32,000 bases of DNA, from the NCBI RefSeq assembly GCF_004376175.1, contig NZ_SNUY01000020.1, positions 25,476 through 57,475 of the forward strand, written 5' to 3'. The position numbers and the translations under genes are program-made. The notes under the pieces were generated by a model that was not told the origin of the DNA, did not search any database, and saw nothing but the letters and a program-made list of their open reading frames with translations. Shown here in pieces: positions 25,895-32,000 of the stretch. The DNA comes from Halalkalibacterium halodurans. GTDB taxonomy: Bacteria; Bacillota; Bacilli; Bacillales; Bacillaceae_D. Numbering within the stretch: the stretch's first letter is position 1; the number at the start of each line of letters is the position of its first letter.

Positions 25895-27280
25895 TCAACC
25901 TCCAAATAATCGGGATAACACTCGATCATACGCCGCAATCGTTCGCTCCACCTCACGCTCCGTATGGGCAGTGGATAAGCTATAACGGTTAAGAGGTTTC
26001 GTATAAATACCTTCATTTAATAAATGCAGGTCAATCAGTTTACGCGTTTGTAGATCGGACGCTTGGAGATCACGGTAATTAAAAATGTCTTCCTCTGTTA
26101 ATACTACACTAAAGATTGAACCGATGCCAACCGCTTTCATTGGCACTCCTTTTCGGACAAACAACGCTTCCAACTCATCCTTCAGCATATCCGTTCGTGC
26201 AAAAACATCTTTAATATCCCGTTTAAGAACGTCCACGGTTTTTAACCCTGCTGCTAAAATCAGCGGATGTCCATTGTACGTACCGCTATGAAAGACAACA
26301 TCTTTTGCCCTTGAAAAGGTGCTTTGTGATTGATCAAACACATCAGAACCCGTCGTTGGAGATGTGACCTCCATAATGTCCTTCCGTCCGCCGACAATTC
26401 CGAATGGGAATCCAGCGCCAATGACTTTTCCGAGTGTCGTCAGGTCTGGTGACACCCCATACCACTCTTGCGCACCCCCGAGTCTAATGCGAAAACCTGT
26501 TTTGACTTCATCAAAAATCAGCACGATCCCTAACTCTTCGGTCAATTCCCGTAAACCGGCAATAAACGTATCGGTCGCGGGTATAAATCCCCCTTGCAAC
26601 GGCTCGATCATGACGGCCGCAATCGAATCTTGCTGTGCCCGTAGCAATCGTTCACATGCGGTTAAATTGTTGAATGGTAAAATGAGCGGCTCTTCTCCAT
26701 CCGTCACATGCATCCCCTTTGATTCTTTAACCGGTATAGGCGCGTCTGCTGGCCCCGCTTCCGAAAGTGTCGGACTGACACTATAAAGTACATCATTGTA
26801 TCCGCCATGGTAATGACCTTCAAATTTAGCGATCCTCTTTTTGTTCGTATACGCCTGTGCAATCCGCATGGCTAAAAGCGTCGCTTCCGTTCCAGAATTT
26901 GTGTAACGGAGCCGTTCCATGCTCGGATAGAGCTGCTGAATTTCATGTCCAAACGTTACTTCCAACGGATGAGGTGCCCCAAACAAAAGAGTTCCGGAGT
27001 CTGCAAACATCTCATCGATCGCCTGCTTTACCTCTGGGTGACCGTGACCTAGCATCAACGCCCCATAGGCGAGTAAATAGTCTACATATTGGTGGTTATC
27101 CACATCTGTAATGAACGCCCCGCAACCTTTTTTCATAACAATGGGGTATGGAGCAAAATGTTTAATGTTTGCTGTAATTCCACCGGGCATTATTTTTTTC
27201 GCCTGTTCAATCCACGATTTCGATCGGGGGGTTTGCTCCGCATACGTGTGCTCAGGTCGGGTGTCTTCTACCATCGCCAT
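25895..27280 (-). CDS. Class-III PLP aminotransferase of the glutamate-1-semialdehyde aminomutase (GSAM)-like subgroup
   Basis: It aligns closely with HemL-type sequences: IMPGG..., YVDYLLAYGALMLGHGHP, NSGTEATLLAMRIAQAYT, IFDEVKTGFR and PDLTTLGKVIGAGFP (PLP lysine). It is about 30 aa longer than HemL and is not in a hem operon. AAGGTGAG lies 10 nt before ATG 27280. Confidence 0.85.
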   Translation of the reverse strand: MAMVEDTRPEHTYAEQTPRSKSWIEQAKKIMPGGITANIKHFAPYPIVMKKGCGAFITDVDNHQYVDYLLAYGALMLGHGHPEVKQAIDEMFADSGTLLFGAPHPLEVTFGHEIQQLYPSMERLRYTNSGTEATLLAMRIAQAYTNKKRIAKFEGHYHGGYNDVLYSVSPTLSEAGPADAPIPVKESKGMHVTDGEEPLILPFNNLTACERLLRAQQDSIAAVMIEPLQGGFIPATDTFIAGLRELTEELGIVLIFDEVKTGFRIRLGGAQEWYGVSPDLTTLGKVIGAGFPFGIVGGRKDIMEVTSPTTGSDVFDQSQSTFSRAKDVVFHSGTYNGHPLILAAGLKTVDVLKRDIKDVFARTDMLKDELEALFVRKGVPMKAVGIGSIFSVVLTEEDIFNYRDLQASDLQTRKLIDLHLLNEGIYTKPLNRYSLSTAHTEREVERTIAAYDRVLSRLFGG

Positions 27281-27344
27281 CCATTCATCACTCACCTTAA
27301 GAAATATTTTTTTCTTTTGTTTATATCTATGAAATTTACACTTC

Positions 27345-27373
27345 ATTATACTATGTGTCGGCCTAATTTTGAA
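27345..27373 (-). promoter_or_regulatory. Putative sigma-A promoter of the aminotransferase-RpiR operon (TTCAAA-17-TATAAT)
   Basis: There is a perfect -10 on the minus strand (complement of 27345-27350). The -35 is the complement of 27368-27373. Confidence 0.5.
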
Positions 27374-27526
27374 TAATTAATTTCATTTTTAAATATAAAT
27401 GAAGGTTTTCCTTCTTTCAGAAAATGAACCTGCCCTCTCGTGGATCTCCTAACACGTAACCAAATGAAAGAAAAAGTGAAGGTTTTTTTTCATTTTCATT
27501 CAATTTCTTCAATTTTTCTTTCTTTT

Positions 27527-27556
27527 TTGACGTTTTTTACAAGAGATTGTTATACT
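27527..27556 (+). promoter_or_regulatory. Putative sigma-A promoter of the KamA-family gene (TTGACG-18-TATACT, with TGT upstream of the -10)
   Basis: The hexamers were read directly. The -10 ends about 48 nt upstream of the start codon. Confidence 0.55.
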
Positions 27557-27604
27557 GATGATGCAGGGACTTCCCTAGATTACGAGAACGGAAGGTGAAG
27601 AAAG

Positions 27605-28786
27605 ATGGCTCAACCAAAGTACATTATGAATGTGGACAAGATTGAGCAAATACCAAAAGAAGAACGGGAAAAACTTAAGCAAATTACGGACAAGTTCGTT
27701 TTTCGTGTAAACGATTATTATTTAAGCCTCATTGATTGGAACGATCCGAACGATCCTATACGAAAGCTAGTCATTCCAAATGAGGGAGAGCTTAGTGAGT
27801 ATGGGCGCTGGGATGCTTCCGATGAAGACACTAATTACGTTGTGCCAGGCTGTCAGCACAAATATGAAACGACTGCCCTCCTCATCTGTTCGGAGGTTTG
27901 CGGGGCTTACTGTCGTTATTGCTTCCGAAAGCGCCTTTTCCGTAATGATGTAAAAGAAGCGATGTCCGACGTAGATCCTGGTCTTGATTACATTGCTCAA
28001 ACGCCACAGATTAACAACGTGTTGCTGACTGGTGGCGATCCACTCATTTTAGCAACGAAAAAACTTCGCTACATTATCGAGCGTCTCCGTGCAATCGATC
28101 ACGTAAAAATCATCCGCATTGGCTCAAAGCTACCTGTCTTTAACCCAATGCGTATTACAGAAGATGAACAACTACTAGAGTTAATCCGTGAATACTCCAC
28201 CCCAGATCATCGTATATACATTATGGCTCATATTAATCACCCCGTAGAAATTACAAATGAAGCGAGACAAGCATTCCAAGCCTTACATGATGTAGGTGCA
28301 ATTGTCGTGAACCAAACGCCTGTATTGAAAGGAATTAATGATGATCCTGATGTCTTGGCCGAGCTCCTCGACAAGTTGTCATGGGCCGGAGTTACTCCAT
28401 ATTATTTCTTCATTAATCGTCCGGTTGCAGGTAATAATGATTTCGTTCTCACATTGGAAGAAGTGTACAACATTGTGGAAAAAGCAAAAGCGAAAACCTC
28501 GGGTCTAGGGAAACGTGTTCGCTTAAGCATGAGCCACACATCGGGGAAAATTGAGGTCCTTGCGATAGAGGACGGAAAAGCCTACTTAAAATACCATCAA
28601 TCGAGAGACGGAAATTACGGTAAATTTATGGTTCTTGACTGTCCGAAAGACGCAACATGGTTTGATGATTTACCAGGCAATGAAAACTATTGGACAAAAC
28701 CGGAGAAAAAAGTAAAAGAAGTCGTGTCAGTCAATGAAATGCCAGATACTCCGCAAAAAAAGAAACGAGCTGCTGCCATAAGATAA
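27605..28786 (+). CDS. KamA-family radical-SAM / PLP 2,3-aminomutase homologue (393 aa); substrate unknown and probably not lysine
   Basis: The N-terminal block YYLSLIDWNDPNDPIRK is nearly identical to clostridial lysine 2,3-aminomutase. The radical-SAM CxxxCxxC is present (C99, C103, C106 in EVCGAYCRYC). The putative PLP lysine is in HTSGK (K315). RBS is GGAAGGTGAAG. Confidence 0.9.
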   Translation: MAQPKYIMNVDKIEQIPKEEREKLKQITDKFVFRVNDYYLSLIDWNDPNDPIRKLVIPNEGELSEYGRWDASDEDTNYVVPGCQHKYETTALLICSEVCGAYCRYCFRKRLFRNDVKEAMSDVDPGLDYIAQTPQINNVLLTGGDPLILATKKLRYIIERLRAIDHVKIIRIGSKLPVFNPMRITEDEQLLELIREYSTPDHRIYIMAHINHPVEITNEARQAFQALHDVGAIVVNQTPVLKGINDDPDVLAELLDKLSWAGVTPYYFFINRPVAGNNDFVLTLEEVYNIVEKAKAKTSGLGKRVRLSMSHTSGKIEVLAIEDGKAYLKYHQSRDGNYGKFMVLDCPKDATWFDDLPGNENYWTKPEKKVKEVVSVNEMPDTPQKKKRAAAIR

Positions 28787-28792
28787 CTAAAA

Positions 28793-28830
28793 ACATGCAA
28801 GGTGCTCCTCACGCACCTTGTATGTTTTTT
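28793..28830 (+). terminator. Intrinsic terminator of the KamA-family gene
   Basis: ACATGCAAGGTGC-TCCTCAC-GCACCTTGTATGT is followed by TTTTT. Confidence 0.8.
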
Positions 28831-28940
28831 GTCTTTTACATTTTCAACCGAACCAATATTACGGAAGAGAGGCTGTCAAGGGGACATTATTCGTGGTAAA
28901 ATGGTGGTGTAATTCTTCATACATATTTGAGGTGAATCGA

Positions 28941-29684
28941 TTGAAACGATTGTTAGGGGGGAGTATTCTCCTATTTCTATTCTTTTTAGCAGGGTGCAAC
29001 GAAACGTTTGAAACGATTGTACAAGCAAATAATGCCGAGCATCCCACCGATCATCATCGCTTTGAAATAGGGACTCCTCATGTTGTGGCAGAGCCCGACG
29101 GGTTTTTTATCGAAATAATGTTAACATCTAAAGATCCAGACTATGCGTTAGATGAAGACTATCTTTTCGCCATAAGCCATATTAGTATTGATGAAACTGG
29201 TAAGGAGTATGAAGCCCAATCGAGTGAAAAAGAACATTTTGTGACGGATCAAGATCAAGACGCTGTTCTTATCAGGCAATTTTACACACCAGCGTTGGAA
29301 TCAGAGGCGCCAAGCATTGATTTTACCTTGTATGTCCAACCTACGTACTACGAACATGAAGTGGTTTTTAACAAGCTCGATGAACACGTGCGCTCTGTCG
29401 AAAAAAACGATTTAACGATTCGCTCAATAGACATTAAAGGAAAAAAACTTGCCCTTGTCGTAGAAGATGTCCACAACGTCAAAGGAATAGAGCTTGCATT
29501 AAAGCAAGGACAGGAGTACATTTACCCGATCTCTTCCATAACCGATCATCACCCTCACTTTAATTCCTTTCACGCCGAATATGAATTTGCCCAATCGTTA
29601 CCTAATACGTTGACGCTCCGCATGCGTCGTCCCCACCTCGATAAAATTATTTGGGAGTTTCCACTCACGGCACGGAAGAAATAA
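28941..29684 (+). CDS. Hypothetical lipoprotein (247 aa)
   Basis: The TTG start at 28941 has GAGGTGA 5 nt upstream. The signal plus lipobox is KRLLGGSILLFLFFLAGC. The track's upstream ATG at 28818 lies inside the preceding terminator. I recognise no family. Confidence 0.6.
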   Translation: MKRLLGGSILLFLFFLAGCNETFETIVQANNAEHPTDHHRFEIGTPHVVAEPDGFFIEIMLTSKDPDYALDEDYLFAISHISIDETGKEYEAQSSEKEHFVTDQDQDAVLIRQFYTPALESEAPSIDFTLYVQPTYYEHEVVFNKLDEHVRSVEKNDLTIRSIDIKGKKLALVVEDVHNVKGIELALKQGQEYIYPISSITDHHPHFNSFHAEYEFAQSLPNTLTLRMRRPHLDKIIWEFPLTARKK

Positions 29685-29685
29685 T

Positions 29686-29724
29686 AAACACACCCGCTAA
29701 GTAAAGAGAACGACGGGTGTGTTT
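29686..29724. terminator. Bidirectional hairpin AAACACACCCG-N17-CGGGTGTGTTT
   Basis: It is an 11-bp perfect stem between the convergent lipoprotein and TRAP permease genes. Confidence 0.7.
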
Positions 29725-29735
29725 CCACGTTAAAT

Positions 29736-31706
29736 TCATAAGCTGACTGTTGCGCTAGCCACTGCCTGCTTCTTTCCTCTCCACCATTGATACAATAGGA
29801 CGAAACCAATGATAGCAAAGCCCATTAGATCTTGAACAAGATTCGGATTCATGAACAACAAGGCTCCACCAAACAACAAGATTCGTAGAAACAGTGGAAT
29901 TTTCGTAAATAGATAGCCTTCTGCCGCGGCACCTAGCATGACAACACCTGTTATGGAAGTAACAACAACTAGCGCCCCTTCGATAAAGGTCGTATTTAGC
30001 AACAACAGCGCTTCGTTGTACACAAACATATACGGAACGATAAATCCCGCGATAGCCAGTTTCATGGATATAAAGCCTGTTTTCATCTGATCTCCGCCAG
30101 ATATGCCAGCCGCAGCAAATGCAGCCAAAGCGACCGGAGGCGTAATGTTGGCAAACAATCCAAAATAGAATACAAAGAGATGGGCAACGAGTGGTTCAAT
30201 CCCTAATGTGACTAAGGCCGGAGCTGCCATTGTCGCCGTAATAATATATGTTGGAATGCTCGGTAAACCCATTCCGAGAATGATGCAAGCAATCATCGTA
30301 AAGAATAAGGTCAAAAATAAGCTTTCTCCCCCAAGCATCACAATGCCGTTGGCGAGTTTTAACCCAAAGCCCGTCATCGTGGCAACCCCAACAATTATTC
30401 CGACACACGCACAAGCAACGGCAACACCGATCGCGTTTCGTGCTCCCTGTTCTAATGCATCAAGAAGATCACGTATGGTCATCCGAGTCGTTTTTCTAAA
30501 CATCGCCACAAAAACTGTTACGATAATGGTTAAAAACGCAGAATAAATAATTGTTCGACCGCTGAAAAAGAGCATATAAAGGAGAAAAAATAACGGAATT
30601 AACAAATGACCACGCTCTTTTAATACATCCATTACTTGCGGTAAGTTCTCCTTTGAAATCCCTTTCAACCCCAGCTTCGTCGCCCGTAAATGAATTTGAA
30701 CGATAATCGCCAAATAGAATAAAAGGGCTGGCAATAGGGCTGCAAGGGCAATTTGACTATAAGGAATGCCGAGAATTTCCGCCATGATGAAGGCTGCTGC
30801 TCCCATAATAGGCGGTAAAATTTGCCCACCGACCGAGGCTGCTGCTTCAACCGCTCCAGCAAAGTTTCGGTGATAGCCGATTTTTTTCATTAGTGGTATC
30901 GTAAACGAACCTGTCGTGACTACATTGGCGATCGCCGCACCATTAATGCTGCCTAAAAAGCCGCTCGCAATGACGGACACTTTGGCCGGCCCACCTTTCG
31001 TTTGCCCCGCAATCGCAAGGGCCATATCGTTGAAAAATTGTCCCATACCCGATTTGCTTAAAAAGGCTCCGAACAAGATGAATAAGAAAATGTAAGTGGC
31101 CGATACACCAATCGCCGTCCCATATACACCTTCTGTCGTCACATACATGAAGTTAATCAGTTCATCCCAGCCATACCCCCGATGCCGCCAAATGCCTGAA
31201 AGCTCTCGCCCAAAAAGTCCATAAATGAAAAATAGTACAGCTAAAAGGGGGAGCGCCCATCCTGTTACACGGCGTGCTGCCTCGAGGATGAGGATGACTA
31301 AAATGGCTCCGAACAGCAGGTCATACGTATTAGGGATTCCGCCTCGATGAACGATTCCAGCATAATCAACAAAAAAATAGATGGTCGTTGATAAGGCTAA
31401 CAAGACGCAGAGCCAATCATATAGGGGAACGCTTTTACGGTTAGCCTTTTTAAAGGGCGGATAAAGAAAAAACACAAGCGCTAAAATAACCGCCACGTGC
31501 AAGGATCGATGTTGAAGCGTTAGCGGTGTTCCAAAATAAGATGTATATAAATGATAGAGCGATAAGCCGATGGCCAACAAGGAGACGAGCAAGGGTAACT
31601 TTTTGCCGCTGAAAGTGCGAAATCGCGACTCTGCATCGTACTTTTCAAGTATTTCTTGCTCCTCAGGCGATAATTTAGGCTCGTCAATTGTTTGTTTTTC
31701 TGTCAT
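29736..31706 (-). CDS. Second TRAP transporter fused permease (4TM/12TM, TAXI-associated), paralogue of 22018-23982
   Basis: It has the same architecture and conserved blocks (ILEKYDAESRFR, GGQILPPIMGAAAFIMA, GMGLPSIPTYIITATMAAPAL). GAGGTGA lies 6 nt upstream. Confidence 0.9.
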   Translation of the reverse strand: MTEKQTIDEPKLSPEEQEILEKYDAESRFRTFSGKKLPLLVSLLAIGLSLYHLYTSYFGTPLTLQHRSLHVAVILALVFFLYPPFKKANRKSVPLYDWLCVLLALSTTIYFFVDYAGIVHRGGIPNTYDLLFGAILVILILEAARRVTGWALPLLAVLFFIYGLFGRELSGIWRHRGYGWDELINFMYVTTEGVYGTAIGVSATYIFLFILFGAFLSKSGMGQFFNDMALAIAGQTKGGPAKVSVIASGFLGSINGAAIANVVTTGSFTIPLMKKIGYHRNFAGAVEAAASVGGQILPPIMGAAAFIMAEILGIPYSQIALAALLPALLFYLAIIVQIHLRATKLGLKGISKENLPQVMDVLKERGHLLIPLFFLLYMLFFSGRTIIYSAFLTIIVTVFVAMFRKTTRMTIRDLLDALEQGARNAIGVAVACACVGIIVGVATMTGFGLKLANGIVMLGGESLFLTLFFTMIACIILGMGLPSIPTYIITATMAAPALVTLGIEPLVAHLFVFYFGLFANITPPVALAAFAAAGISGGDQMKTGFISMKLAIAGFIVPYMFVYNEALLLLNTTFIEGALVVVTSITGVVMLGAAAEGYLFTKIPLFLRILLFGGALLFMNPNLVQDLMGFAIIGFVLLYQWWRGKKQAVASATVSL

Positions 31707-32000
31707 GTTCGTTCACCTCTTCGTGAATGACAATTTCGATTTTTTCATGATGGGGTAAATCAGCTCCTGTGAAAACCCTCTCCCCATTGATGTTGAGCTG
31801 AAAATGAACCGAGTGGGAGTGAATCCATTTGAGCGCGTCCACTTGATCATTCATCCCCCTTGCGACAATCTGGCGTATTGTCAAAACTTTATATAAAAAT
31901 AGGCTATTAAATCCTATGTTAGAGGGCTTTATAAGCAAAAAAATTGCCACTCCCTGATTTCTGTAGATAATTGAGGTTACCACACACCCAATTCCAGAAA
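31684..32000 (-). CDS. Possible DUF1850-like small protein of the second TRAP operon; 5' end outside the window
   Basis: The frame is open to the window edge and overlaps the permease start by 23 nt. The position immediately upstream of a TAXI-type permease is where DUF1850 genes usually sit. The sequence resemblance itself is weak. Confidence 0.3.
   Translation of the reverse strand, partial: SGIGCVVTSIIYRNQGVAIFLLIKPSNIGFNSLFLYKVLTIRQIVARGMNDQVDALKWIHSHSVHFQLNINGERVFTGADLPHHEKIEIVIHEEVNEHDRKTNN

Noticed and set aside
25895-27280. Calling the aminotransferase hemL (a true glutamate-1-semialdehyde aminomutase).
   Set aside because: The sequence is clearly GSAM-like. However, it is about 30 aa longer than HemL. 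It is not in a hemAXCDBL context. It is co-transcribed with an RpiR regulator next to a KamA-family gene. The GSAM-like clade also contains beta-transaminases, so the function is left open.
25895-27346. N-terminal extensions suggested by the ORF track for several genes: this one, 14021-15445, 19022-20515, 28818-29684, 10645-11745, 12635-13963, 7396-8241 and 6563-7444.
   Set aside because: In each case the extension runs through a promoter, a terminator or the upstream gene. An internal start with a proper Shine-Dalgarno sequence yields the family-typical N-terminus (signal peptide, HTH and so on).
1-32000. A search for CRISPR arrays, tRNA or rRNA genes, and known riboswitch or T-box leaders.
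   Set aside because: I saw no regularly spaced direct repeats, no cloverleaf-compatible segments in the intergenic regions, and no long structured leaders with recognisable conserved cores. Most intergenic regions are short and are explained by promoters and terminators.

Overview
This window looks like chromosomal DNA from a Bacillaceae-type Firmicute. The evidence is GGAGG-type ribosome-binding sites, lipoboxes, YitT/Ipi/YwqA-like genes, and very acidic extracytoplasmic linkers that suggest a halo- or alkaliphile. It is densely coding, and I saw no rRNA, tRNA or CRISPR array.

Gene content, left to right:
- An overlapping SWIM zinc-finger and SNF2 helicase pair (YwqB/YwqA-like), followed by a small ORF.
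- A complete 1461-bp ISL3-family insertion sequence with imperfect terminal inverted repeats and an 8-bp target duplication.
- A yitV-like hydrolase, YitT-family and Ipi(BsuPI)-like operon.
- Two small divergent genes, one of them a 42-aa ORF missing from the ORF track.
- A rhodanese and an AI-2E transporter.
- A maltodextrin/cyclodextrin utilisation locus: LacI regulator, MalG-like and MalF-like permeases and a binding lipoprotein, divergent from a GH13 neopullulanase, with three AAACGTTT-core operator-like palindromes.
- Two orphan membrane proteins next to a 5'-truncated, frameshifted amidohydrolase pseudogene.
- A MATE efflux pump.
- TAXI-TRAP transporter 1, a TauE/SafE (TSUP) permease, and an RpiR regulator co-oriented with a GSAM-like class-III aminotransferase.
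- A divergent KamA-family radical-SAM 2,3-aminomutase homologue, an orphan lipoprotein, and a second, paralogous TRAP permease.

The most interesting candidate for undescribed biology is the locus combining the KamA-like enzyme, the GSAM-like aminotransferase, RpiR and the TRAP transporters. By eye alignment, the aminomutase homologue lacks both lysine-binding aspartates of lysine 2,3-aminomutase (Arg and Ser instead). That points to an anionic, non-lysine substrate and a possible alpha-to-beta amino acid uptake and catabolism module. This is inference only. Everything else is ordinary housekeeping or accessory content with some structural curiosities.
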